64,000 bases of DNA from Planctomycetota bacterium. Its GTDB lineage: Bacteria > Planctomycetota > Phycisphaerae > Sedimentisphaerales > Anaerobacaceae. Numbering within the stretch: the stretch's first letter is position 1; each line of letters opens with the position of its first letter. This document shows, piece by piece, positions 1 through 8,973 of the stretch. The stretch covers positions 6,109 through 70,108 of the forward strand of contig JADFJC010000003.1 of assembly GCA_022566315.1 (NCBI GenBank), written 5' to 3'. A model generated the notes under the pieces. The model was not told where the DNA came from. It saw only the letters and a program-made list of their open reading frames with translations, and did not search any database. The position numbers and the translations under genes were made by a program.

Positions 1-23
1 ACCAATGGAGAAAGACTGATATA

Positions 24-1124
24 ATGCCAACTCAAGGCAAGATTGTTAAATGGGCGAGACAGCTTAACTCCAAGGTGCCATTCTTGACATCTTATATTTG
101 TCGTACTGCGTGTCGAAAACTGGCGGCCAACACAACAACACGGACGGTTCCATTCCTCATATCCGCAATTGCCAACAGCGACGAAGAAGTTAGACGCATC
201 GCTGAGGGTGCTCTCAGATCCTTAAATATTCCAGAAGCCATTGACACCCTGCTGTTGGGTTACATTTTCACCAAGAAAGATTCTTTGCATCAAATCCTGA
301 CAGTTTTGGGACGCACTGTGCCGGAAGATACTAAACTACCAGTACCGCAACCTTATGAATCTATAGGATTGCTTTGTCCTGCCGAACGAGCTTGGCAATT
401 TCAAAACAGTAAAGATGATACGCTCTTGGCCTTTGTGCCTGAAGGAGATTTCTTAGCGGGCGCCGAAGGGTTCGGCGTGCATCTGTACCCGTATTACCTG
501 GCACTTGCGTGTGTGACTAACGCTCAATACGCCCGTTTTCTAACCGAGCGTCGCCCGGATTCTTCGAAGTTGGCATACTGGATCAATATTCAACGTCAGG
601 ATGCCGCAATCCATAAAGAAAATAGTATCTATAAAGTGGATCCCGAGAAGGCTGAGTTGCCTGTGGTGTGGGTTACCTGGAATGGCGCTGTAGCATACTG
701 CAAGCGGGCTGACCTGCGACTGCCTACAGAACTGGAATGGGAAAAAGGTGCAAGGGGAGTTGACGGAAGACTGTATCCATGGGGCGATGAATGGGAGGCA
801 GGGAGACCGCAGCCTCCGGCAGGAAAGCTAAAACAGGAGGAAATAACCAGTGTATGGGCATACCCAACGACTCGCAGCCCTTATGGACTGTACCAGATGA
901 TCGGAAACATACACGAATGGTGTGCCGACTCATACGCAGAAGATGCATACCAACGTTATTCCCAAGGCGATCTAAGGCCACCGCGACACGGAGAGCACAA
1001 GGTACTGCGAGGAGGCCCTTGGCGTTTTGGTACTCCTGTCCACCTGAGAACAGAATATCGCAAAAGTACTGTCTGGCGTGCCGGCACCCCACTTTGTGGT
1101 TTTAGATGTGCCAAGAGTCTTTAA
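24..1124 (+). CDS. HEAT-repeat + formylglycine-generating-enzyme-like (SUMF1/FGE-sulfatase) domain protein
   Basis: 366-aa ORF. N-terminal HEAT-like repeat (PFLISAIANSDEEVRRIAEGALRSL). The C-terminal half carries FGE-sulfatase hallmark stretches (VTWNGAVAYCKRADLRLPTELEWEKGARG, YGLYQMIGNIHEWCADSY, VLRGGPW...CGFRCAKS). No signal peptide seen; the 5' end is close to the window edge. Confidence 0.75.
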   Translation: MPTQGKIVKWARQLNSKVPFLTSYICRTACRKLAANTTTRTVPFLISAIANSDEEVRRIAEGALRSLNIPEAIDTLLLGYIFTKKDSLHQILTVLGRTVPEDTKLPVPQPYESIGLLCPAERAWQFQNSKDDTLLAFVPEGDFLAGAEGFGVHLYPYYLALACVTNAQYARFLTERRPDSSKLAYWINIQRQDAAIHKENSIYKVDPEKAELPVVWVTWNGAVAYCKRADLRLPTELEWEKGARGVDGRLYPWGDEWEAGRPQPPAGKLKQEEITSVWAYPTTRSPYGLYQMIGNIHEWCADSYAEDAYQRYSQGDLRPPRHGEHKVLRGGPWRFGTPVHLRTEYRKSTVWRAGTPLCGFRCAKSL

Positions 1125-1311
1125 TCCTCAAGAATCTCAACACAATGAGAGACTATTGGAAGTTTATCAGGAAGAAAAACAATGCTGCTGTTTGAAAAAA
1201 CCTTGGATACCGTTTTAATTTCGGCTTTGCCGCTCGGTACCGAACGTGTCGGTATCATCGGTGTGGCTGAAGTTTAAAAGGGAACGTCTGTAACGGTTAG
1301 GCTGATTTAAT

Positions 1312-2265
1312 ATGAAAATAGATTATCTGAGAGTATCGGTTACTGACAGGTGCAATTTGCGGTGTGTGTACTGCCACCCGCTTTGCGGCTGTGATTTTAT
1401 AGAACGTAAAGAAGTTCTAAGGCTCGAAGAGATATACCGTATTGTCCGGCTTTTTGTTGAATGCGGTATTCGAAAAGTCCGGCTGACCGGTGGGGAGCCT
1501 TTGGTTAGAAAAAATATTGTTTATCTCGTCAAGAAACTGGCTGGGATTGAGGAAATTGAGGAGCTAACGCTTACGACTAATGGTATCTTTCTTGAGTCGT
1601 TAGCAGCAGAACTTAAGAATGCAGGTTTACAGCGAGTCAATATAAGCGTGGATTCTGCTGAAAACCAAAGCTACAAAGAAATTACAGGCTTTGATTTGTT
1701 GCCAAGAGTAACCAAAGGCATTTACAAAGCATTAGAAGTTGGTCTAAAGCCTGTTAAAATTAACAGTGTTATAATAAAAGGTATCAATGTTTCACAAATT
1801 CTGCCGCTTGCACAGATGAGTGTCTATTTACCTGTGGTGGTCAGATTTATTGAATATTGCCCAACCAGCAAATATACGAAGCCGGCAAGTGACTATGTAC
1901 CCACAAGCGAAGTCCGTGAGATTATCGAAAGCAAATTCGGACCGCTTTCGACTATGCTTACTGGTGCTAATAATGGCCCTGCTTTGTATTTCAGAATTAA
2001 GAACTCAGCGGGAACTATAGGTTTTATAAGCGGTCGATCTTCAACATTTTGCCGGTCGTGCAATCGGCTTCGGTTGACCAGTGACGGAAAGCTCATGCCA
2101 TGTTTGTATTCGGCTCATACCTACGATCTTAAAAGACTAATCCGTAGCCGAGCAGGCGACCATCAGATGCGAGATTTGCTAAACAGCATAATTAGCGAAA
2201 AGGGCAGCTTTACAAAACTGAACTCGTTTAAAGAAGAATTTTCTATGTGCAGAGTTGGAGGTTGA
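1312..2265 (+). CDS. moaA: GTP 3',8-cyclase MoaA (molybdenum cofactor biosynthesis, radical SAM)
   Basis: 317-aa ORF. It has the CNLRCVYC radical-SAM motif (CX3CX2C), GGEPL, the C-terminal second-cluster motif CRSCNRLRLTSDGKLMPCL and a terminal GG, all typical of MoaA. Confidence 0.9.
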   Translation: MKIDYLRVSVTDRCNLRCVYCHPLCGCDFIERKEVLRLEEIYRIVRLFVECGIRKVRLTGGEPLVRKNIVYLVKKLAGIEEIEELTLTTNGIFLESLAAELKNAGLQRVNISVDSAENQSYKEITGFDLLPRVTKGIYKALEVGLKPVKINSVIIKGINVSQILPLAQMSVYLPVVVRFIEYCPTSKYTKPASDYVPTSEVREIIESKFGPLSTMLTGANNGPALYFRIKNSAGTIGFISGRSSTFCRSCNRLRLTSDGKLMPCLYSAHTYDLKRLIRSRAGDHQMRDLLNSIISEKGSFTKLNSFKEEFSMCRVGG

Positions 2266-2270
2266 AAATT

Positions 2271-2387
2271 GTGGCGAACAATGGCGGCATGATGGATGTA
2301 AGCACCAAAAATATTACCCTCAGGATTGCAAGGGACGGCTCGATAAATGTTAGCGACGTTATAGAAGTCATTGCTGATAATGATTAG
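2271..2387 (+). pseudogene. Truncated moaC-like remnant (first ~38 codons only)
   Basis: GTG-initiated short ORF 6 nt after the moaA stop. GGMMDVSTKNITLRIARDGSINVSDV resembles the MoaC N-terminus (MVDVSxKxxTxRxAxAxG) as I recall it. A TAG follows after 38 codons and no frame continues a ~160-aa MoaC. Confidence 0.45.
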
Positions 2388-2708
2388 AGTAACGGGGGTT
2401 ATTAACCGGAAGGGTATGATTTCTCCATTCAGTTGAAGTCACGCCCGGAATCACAAATAAAGCCCATCCACGCGTTATTTCACTACCTTTCCATCTACAA
2501 TATGTGGATGTTGCTGCTGTCAGCATAATCTAACAGCCTAATTTTACCAGCGTAATCTAATGTAAAGATTAAAACCACACTTACGATGTTTGAAAGAACG
2601 GCAGAGAAACGCGTAACGAGAAAGCTTTTGAAAAGGAGATTTGAATGAAGGAATGACGTAAATTGAAGTGAAAGAAGAATGTATTGAAAATTTAGAAAGG
2701 ATATTTAC

Positions 2709-4025
2709 ATGAAAAAACGAAGTATTAATGTATTGGGCAAATTGGTGTTTATTACAATAATGGTTGGGGTGTTCACACCGGCGACTGTGTTGGCCCAGCA
2801 GAACGCTGACACAAGGATAGATAAGCTCGAATCGCAGCTTAAATCGCTTCAAGACGAGCTGGCAAAGTTAAAAGCAGAAAGAGCAGCGCCCCCGGTTGAC
2901 CAAAAGCAGATCGAACAACTGGTCAGCAAAGCTTTTGAAGAGAAAAAGGATGAGCTCGGAACCGTACCTGATTGGGTACAGAATATTAAAATTAGCGGTG
3001 ACTTTAGGTATCGCCACGAGCAGCTCGACTCAGAAGACCCAAGCACTGGCAGATGGAACAACGGAGTAACTCGCAATCGGATGCGTGCGAGATTGATGTT
3101 CGATGCAAAGGTCAACGATGACTGGGATATTGCCTTCAGAATCGCAACTGGTAGTGATAAGAGTCCGATTTCAACAAATCAGGACCTTGAAGACTCTTTC
3201 TCAAAGAAGGATGTCTGGGTGGACCTTGCCTACTTCACCTGGCATCCCGCAGCACAGGAAGGACTGAAGGTCTTCGGTGGCAAGATGAAGAACGCCTTTT
3301 ACAGGGCTGGTAAGAGCGAGCTTATTTGGGATACCGACCTTAATCCTGAAGGTCTCGCAGTTCAGTATGTGATGCCCCTAAGTGATGTCGACCAAATATT
3401 CATCAACGGTGGTGGTTTTTGGGTTGATGAAAGTACCAGCGGTGTCGATACGTCACTGTGGGGTCTGCAATCTTACTGGAAGCGCACGATTGGAAATTCG
3501 GATTACATCCTTGCTGGTGCGAGCTACTATGACTTTGGCAACCTGCAAGGGCGGGACGACCTTAAAGGCACTTGGGGATCCTCAAGCTTCTTAGGCAATA
3601 CCTCCTCGGGCGGGCTATACACAAGTGACTATGATATCTTTGAAGGCTTCGCCGAATATGGTTTCCAATGGAGAGGTATGCCACTTGCCGTCTTTGGCAA
3701 TTACGCCCAAAATACCGTTGCGAGCACCTCTGAAGACACAGGCTGGCTGATTGGATGCAAACTCAACAAGGCCAAGGAGCCGGGCTCCTGGGAACTGAGA
3801 TATGACTACAGGGATCTGGAAGCAGATGCCGTAGTCGGTGCTATGAGTGAATCTGATTGGCTTAGCGGTGGAACAGACGGCAAAGGCCATAAGTTCGTCT
3901 TCAAGTATCAGTTAGCCAAGAATGTCCAGGCAGGTCTCACCTATTATCACCTTGAAAATAATCGTAACAGTACTCGTGACGCGGATTATCGAAGGCTGCA
4001 AGCAGACCTGGTTTTCAAGTTCTAA
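2709..4025 (+). CDS. Putative outer-membrane porin with N-terminal coiled coil
   Basis: 438-aa ORF. Signal peptide (…VFTPATVLAQQ), coiled-coil segment (IDKLESQLKSLQDELAKLKAERA), then a beta-strand-rich sequence ending in ...ADLVFKF. A terminal aromatic residue is typical of OM beta-barrels. Confidence 0.6.
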   Translation: MKKRSINVLGKLVFITIMVGVFTPATVLAQQNADTRIDKLESQLKSLQDELAKLKAERAAPPVDQKQIEQLVSKAFEEKKDELGTVPDWVQNIKISGDFRYRHEQLDSEDPSTGRWNNGVTRNRMRARLMFDAKVNDDWDIAFRIATGSDKSPISTNQDLEDSFSKKDVWVDLAYFTWHPAAQEGLKVFGGKMKNAFYRAGKSELIWDTDLNPEGLAVQYVMPLSDVDQIFINGGGFWVDESTSGVDTSLWGLQSYWKRTIGNSDYILAGASYYDFGNLQGRDDLKGTWGSSSFLGNTSSGGLYTSDYDIFEGFAEYGFQWRGMPLAVFGNYAQNTVASTSEDTGWLIGCKLNKAKEPGSWELRYDYRDLEADAVVGAMSESDWLSGGTDGKGHKFVFKYQLAKNVQAGLTYYHLENNRNSTRDADYRRLQADLVFKF

Positions 4026-4087
4026 CTTGGACAAATAACAAGCTGAAACAACGTTAGTGTCGAACAACTAACTTAGCTAATAATTAA

Positions 4088-4128
4088 AGGCAAGCCTACA
4101 GATGAAATTTGTGGGCTTGCCTTTTTTC
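4088..4128 (+). terminator. Rho-independent terminator after the porin gene
   Basis: Stem AGGCAAGCC (4088-4096) pairs with GGCTTGCCT (4113-4121) and is followed directly by TTTTTT. Confidence 0.7.
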
Positions 4129-4388
4129 TTAGTTTTTAGCTAAAGTTGAACGAAGTGAAAGGCTGGAAAAAGGCGAAATGAGGCAGGAGCAGCAGCAGTG
4201 ATAAGGATGCAAAAATACTTGATATCGACAATCCCATTTGCAATCACAGGCCATACTTGGTACAATGTAGTGGTTCCCCCGACACAAAAAAAGACAAAGA
4301 GTATTTTCTCGCTTTACAAAGATCGAACATTTTGTTAGCATAATAATTTATTAGGGATATACAAATAACCCAGTCAGGAAAAAAGTTA

Positions 4389-4546
4389 GGACTGGTAAAG
4401 AAATTAGGTTTCGTTTTTGGCTGAGCGAGGACAAGGCTGGCAAGGAAGCAAAACGCAGGACTACTGGTTGGTAGTCCGAGTTTTGCTGACACCGCCAGCC
4501 GAAGCCGCAGCCAGACAAAAATGGAAGATAATTTATTTACAAGTCC
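4389..4546 (+). mobile_element. MITE-A copy 1 (158-bp palindromic element, flanked by TTA/TTA)
   Basis: Near-identical to 16724-16881 and 58329-58486. The ends GGACTGGTAAAGAAATTAGG... and ...TAATTTATTTACAAGTCC are imperfect inverted repeats (~29/36). The flanking triplet TTA is repeated directly at 4386-4388 and 4547-4549. Confidence 0.75.
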
Positions 4547-4563
4547 TTAGGAAAAGGCGTGGT

Positions 4564-5814
4564 ATGAAAATGAAAAGATTCTGGATTTTAGCAGGAATGT
4601 TAGGGATTTGTGGCAGTTGGGTATGGGTGTTCGAGGTTTATTCGAAACAGCCTAATGATTCTACTGCACCGGCTCCACAGCCAATTCTTACCCAAGCAGC
4701 GAGAGGCTACGCAGGTTCAAAAAAATGTATACACTGCCATCAACAATATTACAAGGGATGGAAATCTACCTTGCACAGCAAGATGGAACAGCCTGTTGTT
4801 TTAAAAGGGCCTGATAAAACAGTAGAAGCAGATTTCTCATCGGACAATCCTATTTTAACCTTTGGGTTAGAAGATGTCGATATGGTGGTAGGAAGTCGTT
4901 TTAAGCAAAGGTATGCCAAGAAAATCGGCGATGATTTCTACATGCTTCCGGCCCAGTGGAATGTAGAAACGAAGCAGTGGGTCAGATATCAACCGAAAAA
5001 TGACTGGTGGGCGGCAGAAAGTGTCTATCCCACGGAGTGGAACAAACGCCCCACGTCAAAATTATGCGAAGGATGCCATACTACAGGTTTTGATATCAAA
5101 ACAAAGGAACCTGTCGAACGAAATATTGCCTGCGAGTCATGCCACGGCGCGGGTGCTCTTCACGCAAAAAGTAAAGAAAAAGCGGACATCATCAATCCGG
5201 CAAAACTTGATCATGAACGGGGAAACATGGTCTGTTTTCAGTGCCATATGAGCGGCAGGCCGCCTGAGGGGGAATTTGAAGCCTATGCCTGGCCGGTTGG
5301 CTATAAGCCGGGAGAGGATTTGAAAGAGTATTGGGTCTATGCGAAGCCAACGGGAAAGAATGCGTATGAGATGTGGGCAGATGGATATGCCCATAAAAAT
5401 CGTGTTCAGGGTAATACCTTTATCAAAAGCAAAATGTATCGTAAGGGGCTTCGCTGTTTTACCTGCCATGACCCACATGGAAGCCGATATACCGCTTTTA
5501 CTGTAAAATCCGGTAAAAACAATTCCCTCTGTCTTTTGTGCCACGCAGAGAACTCTCCTCAGGCCGTATTTAACGTTTCTCTTTCTGAGCACACCCATCA
5601 TAAGGTTGACGGCCCTGGAAGTAGATGCATAGAGTGTCATATGCCGAAGACCGGTAAAAATGCCGTGAAGTGGGATGCAAGGGATCATAGCTTCAAGTTT
5701 ATATCACCACTATCGACCATAAGGTTTGGCACACCTAACGGCTGCAATAATTGTCACACAGACAAAACTCCTGAATGGGCATTTGAAGAAGTTGAGAAAT
5801 GGAAATTTGAGTGA
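4564..5814 (+). CDS. Membrane-anchored octaheme c-type cytochrome
   Basis: Eight CxxCH motifs (CIHCH, CEGCH, CESCH, CFQCH, CFTCH, CLLCH, CIECH, CNNCH). N-terminal hydrophobic anchor MKMKRFWILAGMLGICGSWVWVF. I place the start at ATG 4564 because the upstream part of the 4417 ORF is MITE-A sequence. Paralog of 7565-8902. Confidence 0.85.
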   Translation: MKMKRFWILAGMLGICGSWVWVFEVYSKQPNDSTAPAPQPILTQAARGYAGSKKCIHCHQQYYKGWKSTLHSKMEQPVVLKGPDKTVEADFSSDNPILTFGLEDVDMVVGSRFKQRYAKKIGDDFYMLPAQWNVETKQWVRYQPKNDWWAAESVYPTEWNKRPTSKLCEGCHTTGFDIKTKEPVERNIACESCHGAGALHAKSKEKADIINPAKLDHERGNMVCFQCHMSGRPPEGEFEAYAWPVGYKPGEDLKEYWVYAKPTGKNAYEMWADGYAHKNRVQGNTFIKSKMYRKGLRCFTCHDPHGSRYTAFTVKSGKNNSLCLLCHAENSPQAVFNVSLSEHTHHKVDGPGSRCIECHMPKTGKNAVKWDARDHSFKFISPLSTIRFGTPNGCNNCHTDKTPEWAFEEVEKWKFE

Positions 5815-5840
5815 GGGGTGCGAAGGACGTGAATAGGAGA

Positions 5841-6059
5841 ATGAAAAAAGGGCAGTTGTGGATTATTTTAATCGCCTTTTTTGTGTTAAGACTGCCTTTG
5901 TTACGAACTCCGACAGTATTTGCCCAGGGCGGCCCCCCGCTTATCACGGACGATCCAGGCACGCCTGGTAACGGTAAGTGGGAAATCAATGTAGCGTTCA
6001 CCGTTGAGAAACGTAGGATGGAGCGGTTATATGAGAGCCCAATCCATCACTTTAGCTAA
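5841..6059 (+). pseudogene. Truncated outer-membrane beta-barrel gene (N-terminal ~70 codons; paralog of 8974-9759)
   Basis: AGGAGA SD upstream of ATG 5841. QGGPPLITDDPGTPGNGKWEINVAFTVEKRRMERLYESP aligns with QGGPPLITDDPATPGDGNWEINLAFTAEKRRTGREYESP of the 261-aa paralog. It then diverges and stops where AT-rich DNA begins. Confidence 0.65.
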
Positions 6060-6273
6060 CTGCTCTGCCCTAATCTTCACATCCTTGTTCATAACCTTAT
6101 CTGCTTTTGCCAAAACAAAAAATTCACCCCAGAGTAGGAACTCATAAGGCCAGTATACAAAGGCACTTATAGAGCATCATCAAAGGTTTAACACCTCATC
6201 CAAAAAAAATATAAAAAACTTCTTGGCTGACTTAGATACGTTTGTTACGATAAGTAACAATCGTTACAAAATA

Positions 6274-7308
6274 ATGAGCAAGCTTATGAATAAATCTGTT
6301 TCTGGGAAAGGTTACAAATGGATTCTCCTGGTTCACCAGATGCCACCAAAACCAACAAGCAGCCGGGTGAAAGTGTGGCGTAGACTCCAGAATATAGGCG
6401 CTGTGCCGATTAAGAATTCTGTCTACGTTTTACCATTTACAAAAGAAGCCTCAGAAGACTTCCAATGGCTTAGACAGGAAATAATTGCCCAAAAAGGTGA
6501 TGCAACTATTTTCAAGGTGGATTCTACAGAAGGAATGAGCGATCAAGATATTATCAGCCAATTCCATAGAGTAAGAGATAAGGCTTATGATGAAATAGTT
6601 TCCAAGACCTTACAGCTCAAAGAGAATATCCAAGGAAGTATTAATAAGAGGCGTGTCTCTATTGCTCAGAAAGAAAAGTATGAGGCTGAATTAAAGAAAT
6701 TGAAGAGACACCTAAATGAAGTTATCTCTCTTGATTTTTTTCAAGCACCAAATAAACAAAAGGCAGAAAATACTATAACGAATTGTAACAAAATAATTGA
6801 AAGTCTTAAAGTATCTGGAAAAAGAGCCCAATCTGTTGAAAAAATCCGTTCGATTAGGATTCATAATAAAAATGAATTTCAGAATAAGAGATGGGTAACT
6901 CGGAAAGGACTTCATATTGACAGAATCTCCTCCAGTTGGCTTATAAAAAGATTTATCGATAAAGGAGCAAGTTTCTCTTTTGTTGGGGAAGATGACGTTG
7001 TAAAAAATGACGTTGGTTTTGATATCTACAATACAGAATTTAGCCACCATGGAGAAGACTGCACCTTTGAGACTCTGCTTAAAAGTTTTAATATAAAAGA
7101 CCCTGTTTTAGTTGAGATAGCTCAAATAGTTCATGACATTGATCTTAAGGATGGCAAGTTTGGTCGCAAGGAGGCTGAAGGGATTAATCAAATAATTATT
7201 GGACTCGGCCAGAAGCTAAATAATGATAAGAAATTACTTGAAAGAGGCATAGAGATATTTGATTCGCTTTATCAATATTACTCTTCAAAAAAACGGAAAA
7301 AGAGGTAG
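6274..7308 (+). CDS. chrB: ChrB-like chromate resistance protein (orphan; no chrA in the window)
   Basis: N-terminal KWILLVHQMPPKPTSSRVKVWRRLQNIGAVPIKNSVYVLP matches the ChrB N-domain pattern. C-terminal WVTRKGLHIDRISSSWLIKRFIDKGASFSFV matches the chromate-resistance C-domain pattern. The gene is very AT-rich (~27-33% GC by eye). ATG 6274 is preferred over TTG 6223. Confidence 0.7.
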   Translation: MSKLMNKSVSGKGYKWILLVHQMPPKPTSSRVKVWRRLQNIGAVPIKNSVYVLPFTKEASEDFQWLRQEIIAQKGDATIFKVDSTEGMSDQDIISQFHRVRDKAYDEIVSKTLQLKENIQGSINKRRVSIAQKEKYEAELKKLKRHLNEVISLDFFQAPNKQKAENTITNCNKIIESLKVSGKRAQSVEKIRSIRIHNKNEFQNKRWVTRKGLHIDRISSSWLIKRFIDKGASFSFVGEDDVVKNDVGFDIYNTEFSHHGEDCTFETLLKSFNIKDPVLVEIAQIVHDIDLKDGKFGRKEAEGINQIIIGLGQKLNNDKKLLERGIEIFDSLYQYYSSKKRKKR

Positions 7309-7313
7309 CAAAT

Positions 7314-7568
7314 ATGAAAAAATTCGTAATATCGCTTGTTTTTTTATCCCTGTGTTTAAAATATGGATGGAGCGCCCTGCATCGAGACGACAAGATCGAG
7401 GGCTGGCTCAACGGAAAGAAACTTCTTGAGGCTACCGATATGACCTTTATAGAAGCTGGTGGCGTGGGAGTTTGGACGAAGGCCGATGCGGCGACCTCGT
7501 TCGACGATCTTACAGTAAAGTCGGCTCACAACAGGACAACAACAGTTCGTAGCAGAGACACGGAATGA
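7314..7568 (+). pseudogene. Chimeric 84-codon ORF: AT-rich signal-like head fused to the C-terminal remnant of a DUF1080/LamG-like gene
   Basis: Composition switches at ~7370. The tail IEGWLNGKKLLEATDMTFIEAGGVGVWTKADAATSFDDLTV resembles the last strands of DUF1080-type (3-keto-disaccharide hydrolase-like) proteins. The stop overlaps the next ATG (ATGA). Confidence 0.4.
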
Positions 7569-8902
7569 TCGCGAATACCAAAATGAAGAGAGTGCTCATA
7601 ATCGCTTTATTATTGGCCGCATTATTGGCCGCTTTGGGCGTTGGAGTCGGCGGATATGTTCTTTTCACTAAAGTACGGAAGCTTCTCCCGTTTATTTCAC
7701 AACTTACCAGAGAGCGTGTGGGAACGGCTGTTTCCCTGCAACCTGAAGGGCAAAGGTCTGCCTATTTTGTAGGTTCACAGAAGTGTATGGACTGTCATGA
7801 GGAGGAGTATGAAGCGTGGAGATCTTCGTACCACTCCAAGATGATTCAGTCCGTCAAAGAGCGTCCTGAAGCGATTGTTGGAGATTTTTCAAAGCTTCCC
7901 GAGGATGCAGATTTCTCACAAGACGAGATTGTTTATACGATTGGCGGAAAATTCAAGCAGCGATATATGCTCCTGTCATATAACAAGGGAACTGAAGATT
8001 ACGTTATCGGCAACTACCAGTGGAATACCCAGTTGCAACATTGGCAGCCATATGCGCCGTATAAGGATTGGTACATTGACGGTTTTGTCCACGATAACAA
8101 GCAGGTGCACACCTCCAGAACGTGTGACGGCTGCCACTTTGTCGGGTTTATGAGTCGAGAAAAACGTATTGAACCGGCCATCGCCTGCGAAAGCTGCCAT
8201 GGACCAGGCAGTGTCCACGTCGATGATGAACGAAAGGAGAGCATCTACAAGGCGACCAATTATGATCCACACCGGGCCACCGAGGTTTGCCTTCAGTGTC
8301 ATATGAGAAACCGCGACAAGCGTCTTGAGACAGTGAATCTGCAAGATCTTTTCGGTGATGTTAGAGACTATCCTAAAGGATTTGAACAGGGGAAACCCTT
8401 GATCGATTACAAAATGCAGGCACCATTTGAACCAGGTCAGGAAACCAAAGAGTTCTACGGCAACGGGACCGGAAAGAAGAACAGGATGCAGGGCAACGAA
8501 TATATCCACTCGATCATGTACAGACACGGTATTACCTGCGTTAACTGCCACAATCCGCACAAGCTGGATGCCACTACGACCACCCCAACAGGGGACGCCC
8601 TGTGTATGAAATGTCACGAGTTCGGTTCCATATTAGGACCCCACCAGAAAAATCTGGAAGCCCATACTCACCACAAAGCAGATTCAAAAGGTTCTTCGTG
8701 TATCGAGTGCCATATGCCGAAAACCGGCAGACATCTTAGAAGCTCTCCGCTGACGGTCAGAACACACGTTTTTGGGTTTATTACACCGGATGAGACGCGA
8801 AAATACGGAGTCCCCAATGCCTGTACCAACTGTCACGACGACAAGGATCTTGTATGGTCGGAAAAGAGTCTGAAAGAATGGGGAATGGCTCAGTGGAAAT
8901 AA
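7565..8902 (+). CDS. Membrane-anchored octaheme c-type cytochrome (paralog of 4564-5814)
   Basis: Eight CxxCH motifs (CMDCH, CDGCH, CESCH, CLQCH, CVNCH, CMKCH, CIECH, CTNCH). N-terminal TM segment VLIIALLLAALLAALGVGVGGYVLF. The motif order and spacing are the same as in the first copy. Confidence 0.85.
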   Translation: MIANTKMKRVLIIALLLAALLAALGVGVGGYVLFTKVRKLLPFISQLTRERVGTAVSLQPEGQRSAYFVGSQKCMDCHEEEYEAWRSSYHSKMIQSVKERPEAIVGDFSKLPEDADFSQDEIVYTIGGKFKQRYMLLSYNKGTEDYVIGNYQWNTQLQHWQPYAPYKDWYIDGFVHDNKQVHTSRTCDGCHFVGFMSREKRIEPAIACESCHGPGSVHVDDERKESIYKATNYDPHRATEVCLQCHMRNRDKRLETVNLQDLFGDVRDYPKGFEQGKPLIDYKMQAPFEPGQETKEFYGNGTGKKNRMQGNEYIHSIMYRHGITCVNCHNPHKLDATTTTPTGDALCMKCHEFGSILGPHQKNLEAHTHHKADSKGSSCIECHMPKTGRHLRSSPLTVRTHVFGFITPDETRKYGVPNACTNCHDDKDLVWSEKSLKEWGMAQWK

Positions 8903-8973
8903 CCACAGATGGCAACGGATAGATCACTGGACTTTGATTTCAAACAAAGTCACCGAAAAGGAGATGTCAGAGG

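Noticed and set aside
1125-1311. Possible Moco riboswitch upstream of moaA
   Set aside because: The leader has some hairpin potential (GGTACCGA...TCGGTATC). I could not match the conserved Moco-motif elements I remember from the E. coli moaA leader (GCCUCCC..., ...CUGGAAAGG). It needs cmsearch with Rfam RF01055, so I make no call.
4417-4563. N-terminal 49-codon extension of the cytochrome ORF (and the analogous 59796-59867 extension of the MFS ORF)
   Set aside because: The extension is a read-through of MITE-A repeat DNA; the same pseudo-peptide appears at unrelated loci. A proper signal or anchor sequence starts at the internal ATG.
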